Shown here piece after piece: positions 35,480 to 46,824 of a stretch of 64,000 bases of DNA (the stretch's first letter is position 1; each line of letters begins with the position of its first letter). Both the position numbers and the translations under genes were made by a program. Location of the stretch: NCBI GenBank assembly GCA_001600695.1, contig BCKQ01000002.1, positions 473,002 through 537,001 of the forward strand. Direction: 5' to 3'. The stretch comes from Ascoidea asiatica JCM 7603 (Eukaryota; Fungi; Ascomycota). The notes under the pieces were generated by a model. It saw nothing but the letters and a program-made list of their open reading frames with translations, ran no database searches and was not told the origin of the DNA.

Positions 35480-37750
35480 CAAAATATATTTGTAATGGAT
35501 ATAGAAGGTACTGATGGTAAAGAACGTGGTGAAGATCAAGATTTTGAAAGAAAAGCTGCTTTATTTGCTTTATCAACTTCTGAAATTTTAATTATAAATA
35601 TTTGGGAACATCAAATTGGTTTATATCAAGGTGCAAATTTAGGTCTTTTAAAAACTGTATTTGAAGTTAATTTATCTCTATTAAAAAAACAATCTTCAAA
35701 ATCTCTTTTATTATTTATCATCAGAGATTTCACAAATTCAACTTCAATTAAAAGTCTTTCAAATTCTTTAATTGAAAGTTTAAATAAAATTTGGTCTCAA
35801 TTACAAAGACCAAAAGGTACTGAAAATTTTAATATTAATGATTTTTTTGATTTAAAATTTATACCTTTACCACATAAAATTTTTCAACCAAATGAATTTA
35901 CAATTGAAGTTTCAAAATTAGGTGATCAATTTCAAAATTTTGATCAACAAAATAATAATAATAATAATAATAATAATGAATTAATGTTTAAAGAAGAATA
36001 TCATAAACATATTCCCTTAGATGGTTGGACAATTTATGCTGAAAATATTTGGTCTCAAATTGAATCAAATAAAGATTTAGATTTACCAACTCAACAAATT
36101 TTAGTTGCAAGATTTAGATGTGATGAAATTTTAAATGTTGCTTTTGAAGAATTTGAAAATCATTTTAATTTACAATTTCCAAATTTTAATAATAAATCAA
36201 TTTCAAATAATTATTTACCAAAAATTATTCAAAATAATTCAAATAAACTAGAAAATAATAAATCAAATAATAATGATGATGAAATAATTGATATTGGTTT
36301 TATAATGAATTCATTATTAGATCATTCAATTAAAATTTATGATAGTTCTGCTTCAAGATATTCAAAACAAATTTATCAACAACGTAGAAAAAATTTAATA
36401 AATAAAATAATTTTAAAATTAAAAGAAATTTATAATATTTATTTAATTCAAATTAAAAAAATCTCAATTGATTTTTTTATAAATTCAATTGAAAATCGTG
36501 GTAAAGAAAAATTTAATAATATTGTTAATTTAAATAAAAAAATTTCAATAAATTTTTTTTTAAATAATGCAAAAAATGCTTCAAATTTAAATATAGAAAT
36601 TTTAAATTATGATCTTGAATTTAATCAATTACAATCTCAAATTTCTGATTTTATTTTAAATCAAAAGAAAAAAGATCTTGAAATTTTAATTAATAATATA
36701 ACAAATAAAAAATTTCCTTATGTTTTAAAACAAAAATTTTCAAATTTATTATTAACTCCTACAATTACTTTTTGGAATGATATTTATTTAAATTTTAATA
36801 AAACTATTGATGATTTTTTAAATAAATTTAAAATTAATGAAACTAATAATAATGAAAATAATTTTGAATATGATTTTGGTTTTGATTTAACTCAAAAAGA
36901 ATATGAAAATACTTTATCAAAAATACATAAATTATCTTGGTTATCTTTTGATAAAATTATTCATGATTTAATAAAAGAAGATACTGTAATTAATTTATTA
37001 AGAGATAAATTTGAAGATAAATTTAGGTATGATGATGAAAATATTCCAAGAATTTGGTCAAATACTTTAGAAATTGATCAAATTTATAAATCTGCAAAAG
37101 ATTATTCTTTATCAATTCTTCCAATACTTTCAATAGCTAAAATGGATAATGGTAAAGAAATTAAACCTGATTTTAATTTATACGATGATGATGATGATAA
37201 TGATAATGAAAATCATGATGATTCAAGTAATTCTGATGATCTGTTATTAAATAAATTACCAATTGTTTTAGATCAATCTCAACAAAATCGTATTACACAA
37301 AAATTTAAAAGACAAGCTGATGCAATGTATATTGAAGCAAAAAGATCAACAATTCAAAGTATTACTTCTATACCTTATTGGATTTATATTTTAATTGCAG
37401 TTTTAGGTTATGATGAATTTATGGCAATTATTAGAAATCCAATGTATATTACTTTTATTATTTTATTTGCAGCTGCTGCTTATATTATACATTCATTAAA
37501 TTTATGGGGTCCAGTAATATCAGTTTCAAATGCTATGTTAAATGAAACTTTAAAAGTTTCAAAACAGAAACTTAAAGATTTTATGGAAGAACCTGAAATT
37601 GGTTTGAATGAAAAAAATAATTACAAATCAAGAGAAAAAACTTTATCAAAAAAAAATTCTATAAATTCATTTATTTTTAGTGGAAATGTGTCAAATAGTG
37701 ATCCTAATAATGTTTCTGAATCCATTCCTTTAAGAGATATATCAGATTAA
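34985..37750 (+). CDS. SEY1: Dynamin-like ER fusion GTPase Sey1 (RHD3 family)
   Basis: P-loop VFGSQSTGKSTLLN, QTTKGIW, DIEGTDGKERGEDQDFERK, DLPTQQILVARFRCDEI, and two C-terminal TM segments. Confidence 0.98.
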
Positions 37751-37906
37751 CCTAAATAATATTTGTTCTTCTTCCAAGTTGTTTATAATTATCATAAATA
37801 AGTTTACATATCAATTAAATGACTTTTTAAAATATAATCCATGTAAATTTATATTTATTTTCTTTTTGTAGTTTTGAATTTTTATTATTTTTAAAATCAT
37901 TATTCA

Positions 37907-38866
37907 TTATTCATCATCGTCACTATCTGGGTCAAAAAGATCTAATTGTGCAATTGCATTTTTATTTGTATTATGATTATTAACAAATTCAGATGTATTA
38001 GAATTAGAAATTTGTAAAATTGTTTGAGAATTAGAATCTTTTATAATATCTTTTTCTCTTTCTTTTTCAGAGTCAAATGATTTATCTGATTCTTCAATCT
38101 TTTCAGTTGATTCAATTAATTCAGGTTCATTTAAAGATATTAATTTATCATGATAATTTGATGCAGCTGCTAACATTCCTCTACGAAGAGAATCTTCTGC
38201 AGGCCAAACAAAATTTCCAGGTCCAATATTTAAATCTGTAGTTGCAGGAATAGTTGTAAATTTTGCTAATTTAGCAGCATATTTTAGAAGTTCATCAGCA
38301 GGAATTGAATTTGTATTTGAAGTATCATTTCCTATAAGAACGTTTGATTTTGATATTGGTTTAAATATATTTTTTCCATTGTCATCTTCATCTTCGTCGT
38401 CATCGTCATCATCATTGTTCTCATCTTCACTCGGCAATGCAAGAAGAATATTACGACATTTATTTAACTCTTTCAAAGTTTCGAGTAATTCATTATTAAG
38501 ATTATTATCTATATTTTTTAATTTATTTGATAATTTTCCAAAATTATGATGATTTATTAATAATTTTATTGAACTTTCAATATCAGAATCATTTTTTAAT
38601 AAATGATTTAAAATTACTTTATCAGGATTAAATTTTTGAATTGAATCAACTAATTTTGATAAATTATCTTCAAATAAATTTAAATTCCTTATAATTGGAA
38701 GATTCTCAATAACTTTTTCTTGTTCAGAATCTAAATTTTTCAAATTTGATTGTGATTGAATTTCAAAATTAGAACTTATTCTAGATATTGGTGTACCTAT
38801 TTGACTAGTTAAATTTCCTTGAAAATTCGTAGAGGCAGATTTTTCTTTGGGGAATGATGATTGCAT
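37907..38866 (-). CDS. MED4: Mediator subunit Med4
   Basis: FEDNLSKLVDSI, ELLKYAAKLAKFT, FVWPAEDSLRRGMLA, terminal LDLFDPDSDDDE. First ATG is at 38866. Confidence 0.93.
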   Translation of the reverse strand: MQSSFPKEKSASTNFQGNLTSQIGTPISRISSNFEIQSQSNLKNLDSEQEKVIENLPIIRNLNLFEDNLSKLVDSIQKFNPDKVILNHLLKNDSDIESSIKLLINHHNFGKLSNKLKNIDNNLNNELLETLKELNKCRNILLALPSEDENNDDDDDDEDEDDNGKNIFKPISKSNVLIGNDTSNTNSIPADELLKYAAKLAKFTTIPATTDLNIGPGNFVWPAEDSLRRGMLAAASNYHDKLISLNEPELIESTEKIEESDKSFDSEKEREKDIIKDSNSQTILQISNSNTSEFVNNHNTNKNAIAQLDLFDPDSDDDE

Positions 38867-39312
38867 GATCAATTCTGTTCTTTTTTTGATAAATTTAAAT
38901 ATCCTTTGTGATAAAAATAATGGATAATTACAATACTTATTTATTTAATCATCATTCATCATTCATCATTCTTTTACTGTTTATTTCCAGGAACCTTTTT
39001 TTCAAAGCTTCAAAGTTTCAATTCTTTATCAGCACCGTCAGGGTGGGTGCCGGAAGACAGAGCAAGTCCTTTAATTAAGGTTTGGCAACACAAAAAAAAT
39101 ATTTGAAAACGGCGTGAATTTTTTTGTTTTTGTTTTGGTGTTTTAAAAATTGAAGCCATCAAAATTTTCATTGTTTTTTGTGTTTTGAGGAACAGAAACA
39201 GAAACAAAACCAGAAACAAAAAGAAATGTAAATTGGACTTTGCCATAGCTGGGAAAGAGAGTTAGAATAATAGTAATAGTAGTCAATAATAGTCAACGTC
39301 AAGCAGTTCAGC

Positions 39313-40599
39313 ATGAACATAGATTTTGAAAATAGTGATAGTGAAATTGAAAGAGGAAGAACTCAGGAAAGAAATGAACCTGTTCAACCTCACTTAGATA
39401 CTCCAAGTGAATCAGGATTTTCAGTTGATGAAGTGCCTTCAATTTCAACTTCTTTAGCCACAACCCCTTTTTCTTCAAGAGCATCTTCTTCTCAAAGGAA
39501 AAAATATCCTTGTACTTATTCTTTTTGTCAAAAATCATATTCAAAACCATCTTTATTAGAACAACATATAAATTCACACCAAAATATAAGACCATTTAAG
39601 TGTACTATTAAAAATTGTGGAAAATCTTTTTTAAGAAATTCTCATTTACTTGCTCATAAAGTTGCTCATAAAAATGATAATGATAAACCTTTTAAATGTT
39701 CAACTTGTGGAAAAGGTGTTAATACAAGTCAACATTTAAAAAGACATGAAATTACTCATACAAAATCTTTTTATTGTACTTTTGAAAATTGTAAAGAATC
39801 TTTTTATAAACATCAATCTTTAAGACATCATATTAATAAAATTCATGAACAAAAAAATAAATGTCAAGAATGTAATAAATTTTTTCAAGCTCCATTAAAT
39901 TTAGCAAATCATAAAGAAAAAGTTCATAAAATTGCTGAAAGATATCAATGTTCAGAATCAAATTGTTTAAAAAATTTTAAAACTTGGACTTTATTACAAA
40001 ATCATATTAAAAAAAATCATCCAAAAATAAGTTGTGAAATTTGTGGAAAATTTTGTACTGGTCAAGATGGTTTAAAAACTCATAAAAAAGTTGTTCATCA
40101 AAATGATAAAACAATTCGTATTTGGAAATGTCATATATGTGAAAGTAATGAATTTGTTTCAAAAGAATTTTTAGTTGAACATTATCTGAAATTTCATGAT
40201 GGTCAAATTCCTATTGATTTTGTATTCACTAAAGAAAAACAAAAACTAAATGAAGAATCATTAATTGAAGAACCAAATCTTAAGAAAAGAAATATCAAAA
40301 AACATATTAAATTATCAGAAGAGATTAATTCTACTTCTGAAAAAGAATTTGAGTCAAATGATGAGAATGATATAATAGAAAATGTGATAAGAACTGGTGT
40401 AGTTCCTTTGGAACCACAGATAACATTGTCTAAAGATACAAAAGATAAAGTAGAATCTGTAAAGACAATAGAAACAAGTTCTTTAAAACCTCAAAAAATT
40501 GTTAAAAAATCTGGACCAACTAGAAATGAATTCAGAAGTAGTTCTAGATTATTGAATAGAACTTTAAAGAAACGTTCCATATATGATTTATTAAAATAA
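39313..40599 (+). CDS. PZF1: Transcription factor IIIA (C2H2 zinc-finger array; 8 fingers)
   Basis: Tandem fingers with yeast TFIIIA signatures KPSLLEQH, CGKGVNTSQHLKRHEITHTKSF, FYKHQSLRHH, FKTWTLLQNH. Confidence 0.92.
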   Translation: MNIDFENSDSEIERGRTQERNEPVQPHLDTPSESGFSVDEVPSISTSLATTPFSSRASSSQRKKYPCTYSFCQKSYSKPSLLEQHINSHQNIRPFKCTIKNCGKSFLRNSHLLAHKVAHKNDNDKPFKCSTCGKGVNTSQHLKRHEITHTKSFYCTFENCKESFYKHQSLRHHINKIHEQKNKCQECNKFFQAPLNLANHKEKVHKIAERYQCSESNCLKNFKTWTLLQNHIKKNHPKISCEICGKFCTGQDGLKTHKKVVHQNDKTIRIWKCHICESNEFVSKEFLVEHYLKFHDGQIPIDFVFTKEKQKLNEESLIEEPNLKKRNIKKHIKLSEEINSTSEKEFESNDENDIIENVIRTGVVPLEPQITLSKDTKDKVESVKTIETSSLKPQKIVKKSGPTRNEFRSSSRLLNRTLKKRSIYDLLK

Positions 40600-40838
40600 A
40601 ACTAATCAATTTCAAATTTATCTTTATAATAAAAGGGATATTGTAGTATATATTATATAGTAATTTTTTTTATAATAATAAAATCTTTTTTTAGTAAAAA
40701 AATTTGTTAAGATACAGTAAAATATCATACTTAATATCTGTAGTTGTATCAAGTAAAATAAAAAGACATGAAATAAATAAATCAGAGAAAATAGGTAAAG
40801 TACAGTTGTTTATAAAAAAAAAGTTTGTTTTTTTATAT

Positions 40839-41433
40839 TTAAGCAATTATATTTTTATAATTTTTTGGTAAAGTTGGAACTTCAACAATTGAAATTTTTT
40901 CAACTCTATTAAATTTTAATTCATTTAAAACATTTTCTAATTCTTGAGCAACAACTTTATTATTTGGATCAATTTTTAAAGCTTGAGTATAAGATTCTTT
41001 TGCTTCAGTAAGTTTTTGTAAACCTGATAAACCTATACCTAATCTCCATAAAAGTTTAACTTTTGTTATTTTATTTGGTTCACAATTTAAACCTATTTTA
41101 CATTCTTTTATAACTCTTTCCCAATCTTTAAGTTTTATAAAACACATTGCTTTATTGGAATATAAAATTGAATTTCTATCATCTAATTTAATTGCATCTC
41201 TATAAATTTTTGCAGCTTTTTTATATTCTTTATTTGCAAAAGCTTCATTACCTTTAATTTCAAATGAAATAAAATATAATATAATATAATAGAATAGAAT
41301 AAATATTAATTAGTAAATTTATTATATAATTAAATATATTTACACAAAAATATTCATTTATTTAAAGATATATTTGAGAATGATTTAAATATAAATTTTA
41401 CTAACCTTTTTGCTTCAATTCTTCTGCATTCAT
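40839..41433 (-). CDS. TAH1: TPR co-chaperone Tah1 (R2TP complex); exons 41433-41406 and 41251-40839, 146 aa
   Basis: Intron 41405-41252 (GTTAGT...TACTAAT...AAG) gives MNAEELKQKGNEAFANKEYKKAAKIYRDAI...ILYSNKAMCFIKL. The C-terminal ISIVEVPTLPKNY resembles the Pih1-binding tail of Tah1. Confidence 0.85.
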
Positions 41434-41821
41434 TATTGATATTTATTTTATTTATATATGCATAAGTAATGAGTAAATAACTCTTGAATATAAATTTGAT
41501 ATTTATATATTCAATTATTATTGATATTGATATTGATATTAATATTGTTATTAATAATTTGATATTTTACAGATAAAAACAATACAAAAGTTTTAAAGAT
41601 TCAAATTGAAAAGCAAATATTTTAATTTTACCGCCTTCAAACTTTACATAGCGCTGCTCTCTTTTTATTTTTCTTTATTTTCATAGAATTAAAAAAAGGT
41701 TTAAATATATAAAAAAAAATAATATACAAATATATAATATAAAAAATAAGAAATTATTATTAAATAAACAAATAGATAAATAAGTAAACGAGTATAATGT
41801 TAATAAGCAACATTTATTTAA

Positions 41822-43006
41822 TTATGTTTCAATATTATTTTTTTCAGAATCCATCGTCTTAGAATCTATTAAAATTTCTGATTTATCAATTTCAATTTCA
41901 ATTTCAATTGAATCTTGATTTTCTTTTTGATTATTTTCCAACTTAGTTTCCAATATAGTTTCTAATTTATTTTCATTTTCATTATTTGAATTTTCTATTT
42001 GATTTTGATTCTCTATATGATTTTCTATATGATTTTCATTCATTATTATATCATTATCTAAATTTTGAATATTTTGAATATTTGGATTATTTGAATCTGA
42101 TAATTTATCTATATTCTCAATATTATTTATATTTTCAAGGTTATCTAATTGATTTAAACCATTCAAGTCATTTAAATCATGAATATCATTTAAATCATTT
42201 AAATCATTTAAATCATTTAAATCAGATATATTATTAATGTCATTAATCTCAGCTAGATCATTTAAATCATTTAATTCATTTAAATCATTTAACTCTTTTA
42301 ATTCTTTTATATGTTTTTCTGTTATCCAAGGAATTTTAGTCATTACAAGATTTGATAATTCATTACTATCAATATCTTTTAAATCAACAGGTAAATTTAA
42401 AATTTTATCCGAATCTGGAATATTTTTACTATTATTATGATTAATATTATTTATATTATGAATTTCATTTTTAGTTAAACTTCTAGTTTTTGGAAAATCA
42501 TCAATTGATGAATTTACAGTAATTATAGATTCTATACTTCTTAAAAATTTTTCAGGTTGATTTAATAAAAAAAATTGATTTGGATTTAAAAGTAATTCAG
42601 AAAGTCTAAGAATTGTAAAAGGTGGAGAATCAAAAAAATTTTCATTTAAATAATTTATTAATCTATTTAAATATTCATTTATTGTTTCAGGATAATTTAA
42701 TAATGGATTAATAATTATTGAATCTAATGGTTTATTAAAATTTGTTTCAATAATTGTAGATAATATATTAGTTATTTTTGGTAATAGTTCAGCCCATGGT
42801 ATTGAATGCTCATCTTCTAAATAACTCTTAGAATTAATTATTTTAAATAATTCCAGTTTTACTAATATTCAATGATAACATTTGAAAATAAAATAAAAGT
42901 TAGTCAATTGATCTTTGAATAACTATCTATCCACATCGCATATCAAATCCAACCAAACTCAAGACAAGACAATACAATACATACCAATATCAGCATCGCT
43001 CATCAT
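41822..43006 (-). CDS. PSY4: PP4 regulatory subunit PPP4R2/Psy4; exons 43006-42985 and 42861-41822, 353 aa
   Basis: Intron 42984-42862 (GTATGT...GACTAAC...TAG) opens a frame containing FFDSPPFTILRLSELLLNP...KFLRSIESIITVNS (PPP4R2 motif) and MTKIPWI. The ORF track shows only the last 173 aa. Confidence 0.85.
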
Positions 43007-43190
43007 GAGAGTCTGTATTCTATTCTATCTGCAATGAAAACATGAACAAGAAGAAAGTTCCTGTCTCAAAACACTCATTGAAACCATCCCTCACAAAGCA
43101 TCGAAACCTTCCTTCGCTCGTCTTTTCAACCATCTCCAAACCAATTCCAGCTTTGTTTTCGCTTTGTTTTCGCTTTGTTTTCGTTTTGTG

Positions 43191-43198
43191 TTGCCACC
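43191..43198 (-). promoter_or_regulatory. Rpn4 PACE-like site in the PSY4/PIN3 divergent promoter
   Basis: TTGCCACC (GGTGGCAA on the - strand). Confidence 0.45.
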
Positions 43199-43492
43199 CT
43201 CGGATCTTCAACTCGAGGGTAAATATAAACACACACGTGCATCGAGGCTGGTGGGCTCGGAATCGGCTGTGATTTTCTTTTGAACAGTGACCGATGAAAT
43301 TTAGTGCTGTTTCTCACAACGTTTGTTTGTTTTAATCTACTGTCAATTAATCTGAAAGTAATCAATCAGTTATGATCAATATTAAAAAATAAATATATAT
43401 TTAAATCCCTAATATATTTCAATCAAAGAAAAACTTTCGTTTTAAATATATCATTATAATAACTGTTTAATTCAATTCAAAAAAAAAAAAAA

Positions 43493-44296
43493 ATGTCTTC
43501 TGCAATTATAAATCGTTCTTTAACTACTGTTAAAACTGAATTAGAATTTCTTCAAGAATCTGGGGTTATTACTAAAAATTTATTTGATCATATTATAAAT
43601 CAATTACCTGAACGTTATACAAATGGTATGATTCCAAATGATATTAAAGATTCAAATATTAAATCTTTATCAAATAATATTTCAAATGATATTTCAAATG
43701 ATATTTCAAATGATGATCCTCCTTCTTTTAATCAAGCAATAAATAATTATGTTCCACCTTCAACACCTCCTGTGATTGGATATTGTGAAGCAATTTATGA
43801 TTATAATCCTCAAGAACCTTCGGATATTACTTTAAAAATTGGTGATAAAATTCAAATCATTGAACATACTTCAAGAGATTGGTGGAAAGGTATTAATAAT
43901 GGTAAAACTGGTATGTTTCCTTCAAATTATGTTAAATCAATTCCTTCTTTTGATAATATTCAAAATGAAAAAAGTTATTATTCTTATAATAATGATTATA
44001 AACCTCCTGTAAGTAATTATGATCCACCTGCAAGTAATTATGGTCCTCCACAATCTACTTATACTCCTCCTCCATTTCCACCTTCTTCAACAAATTATTA
44101 TCAACAACCTTCTCAAACTGCAATTATTCCTAATCAACAACCTGGTCAACAAACTGTGGTTGTTGAACAACAACAAGGTCCTACAGCTTCTAAATTTGAT
44201 GGAAAAGCAAAGAAATTTGGTAAAAAATTAGGTGATGCTGCTATATTTGGTGCTGGTGCAACTATTGGTGGTAATATTATAAACTCCATTTTTTAA
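43493..44296 (+). CDS. PIN3: SH3-domain Las17-binding protein Pin3/Lsb1
   Basis: MSSAIINRSLTTVKTELEFL, SH3 (AIYDY..DWWKG..GMFPSNYV), PPPFPP, KLGDAAIFGAGATIG. Confidence 0.93.
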   Translation: MSSAIINRSLTTVKTELEFLQESGVITKNLFDHIINQLPERYTNGMIPNDIKDSNIKSLSNNISNDISNDISNDDPPSFNQAINNYVPPSTPPVIGYCEAIYDYNPQEPSDITLKIGDKIQIIEHTSRDWWKGINNGKTGMFPSNYVKSIPSFDNIQNEKSYYSYNNDYKPPVSNYDPPASNYGPPQSTYTPPPFPPSSTNYYQQPSQTAIIPNQQPGQQTVVVEQQQGPTASKFDGKAKKFGKKLGDAAIFGAGATIGGNIINSIF

Positions 44297-44395
44297 ATTT
44301 TTCAAATAAATTACATTAATCTTACATCTTTTTTATATACAGTATATTTCTTATCTCTTTTTTCATTTCTCATTATTTTTTGGCTTTCTTTTGAT

Positions 44396-44426
<31 letters not shown>

Positions 44427-44502
44427 TTTCATTAATTATAAAATTACAGTATATAATATATATATTAACTCAAAGTATACATCTTTGAAAAAAACTTTAG
44501 GA

Positions 44503-46695
44503 TCATTTTGAATTTTTTATAGCTTTAACTTCAGCTTCTAATCTATCATTTTGTTTTTTAGCTTCTAATAAAAGTGTAATATTTTTTGTTAATAATTCAA
44601 ATTTTCCAACAACACGTTCTGTTGGCATACATGGTCTTTCTGGAATACCTAATTCAATTAATGTACTATTAATTCTTGAAAGTAATGTTGTTTTATATAT
44701 AGTTAATTTTGTTGATCTTAAATATGCTGCACTTGATGTTAATTTTTCTGAATGATATTTAATACCAAAAGATTCTTGATCTTCTTTTGATAAATTTTTA
44801 TTAAATATTTTAGATATTGGATCATTTAAATTTACTGGTTCTTCTTTAATTTTTGTAAATTCATTTGGTAATGATGATGATGATGATGATGATCCTTTAT
44901 TGACTTTATTTGATTTTTCATTTTTAATTTTTGGTGTATTTTCTTTTTTCTTCTTATTTCCATTACCATTTCCATTATTATTACTATTTGAATTGCTTTT
45001 AACTGGTGTAGATTTAACTATAGGTGATGCTTTATTACTTGTACTATTAGATCTTTCAACTTTAACATTGATTTTATTTTTATTATTATCATTATTTTTA
45101 TCATTACTTTTATTATCATTTTTATCATTTTTATCATTTTTATTTTCACTCTTTATATCATTTTTATTATCATTATTTTTATTCTCATCATTGTTATTCT
45201 TATTATTATCAGAATTATTATCACTATTATTATTGTTATTGTTATTACTATTATTATTATTATTTGAAGCCATGAAGGTATTAAATAATTGAGTTAAACC
45301 TGCAAAAGTTTTATATTGAGAAATACTACCATTTGCTTGAGGAGAATCTAACATCAGTAATAATTGAGCTCTATCCATCATAATTTTTTTTGAAGCTTGT
45401 TCATATTTTTTTGCTTCAATTATTAAACTTTCTTCTTCTGCAATTTCTGCAGGAGTTCTTGATAATAATCTTTCAAGATATAATTTTCTTTTAATTTCAT
45501 TTGATTTATCAAAATTACTTAAAGAATGTATTAAATTTTTTTTATCATCTGGATTATAATAAATATCTAAATTTTCAGAAGTTTTAATTAAAATTTGTTT
45601 TGAAACAAAATAATATCTTTCTTTTAAATCTTCAAGTAATCTTTTTATTGGAATTTTGGTTTTGTTATTTTGGGAATTGTTGTTAGTATTATTGTTATTG
45701 GTGCTTGTATTGGTATTGGTATTGGCATTGGTATTGATATTAGTATTTTTAGTAGTTGAATTAAAATTACTTATAGGTGATATATCCTCTTCTTTTTTAG
45801 CTAATGATTTACTATTATTGTTAGTAATTGTTTCTCCACTGTCTTTGGTATTAGTTTTAGTATTTGTATTTGCACTGTCCTTTGTATTAGTATCTGTCTT
45901 AGTATCTGTCTTAGTATCTGTCTTAGTATCTGTAATAGTATTAGTATTTGTAGTAGTATTTGTAGTAGTATTTGTATCAGCGCTAGCATTAATATCAGTA
46001 TTATTAATATTAGCCTTAGTATTACTTATATTATTTGTAATATTAGGTACTTTTTCATTTAAATTTTTATTTTCAAGATTAATAGACTCATTTGGTATAT
46101 AATCATATCTATCTTTTATTATTATCCATCTTAAATCATAAAGTTTACATAAATTAAATAAATAATTAGTTTCATCAAAAGTCCAATTATTTTTTTTATT
46201 TTTTAAATCTTCAATTTTTATAAAATCATTAAAAATATTTAAATTAAATTTTGGTATATTTAAAGATAAATTATATTTTTCAAAATATGAATTATTTTGA
46301 AAATTTTCTTTTGGATTTTTAACCCAATGTTTTAAAATTAAATTATCATTTCTTGAATTATTTTTAAAAGGTATTAATTTCCAATTTGAAATTTTTTTTG
46401 AAAATTTATTAAGATTTTGAATTTTATTATTATCTAAGTTTATATTATTTTTATTATTATTAATATTATCAATAGAATTTGTAATTTTAGAATTATCTTT
46501 TAAAAGATTATTATTAGTATTGTTATTAGTATTATTATTACTATTTGAAATGTTCTTGGATATATTATTAGATAATTGAATTGAAGGAGTATTTGGACCT
46601 AACAAACTATATAATTCTCTGTTTAAAGTAGATTGACGTTGTTTAATGGCAAAATTTGATTCTTTAATAATTTTAGAATGATTTATTGTTGAGAT

Positions 46696-46728
<33 letters not shown>

Positions 46729-46824
46729 GTCATTATCGGTATTGAATTTTTGTTTTTTTAAAGGCGGTTGAGAAGATAATGAAAAAACATCAAGAATATC
46801 AACTTTTTCTTTCTTCGAGGGCAT
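44503..46824 (-). CDS. SWC4: NuA4/SWR1 subunit Swc4 (Eaf2, DMAP1 family)
   Basis: DILDVF, NRELYSLLG, LILKHWV, SANT WTFDETNYLFNLCKLYDLRW..DRY, LEDLKERYY, RLLSRTPAEIAEEESL. Confidence 0.95.

Noticed and set aside
44900-46102. Hydrophobic + strand ORFs (130 and 148 aa) and other antisense ORFs such as 13388-13642 and 33917-34234
   Set aside because: They are reverse complements of Asn/Thr/Ser/Glu-rich repeats in real genes
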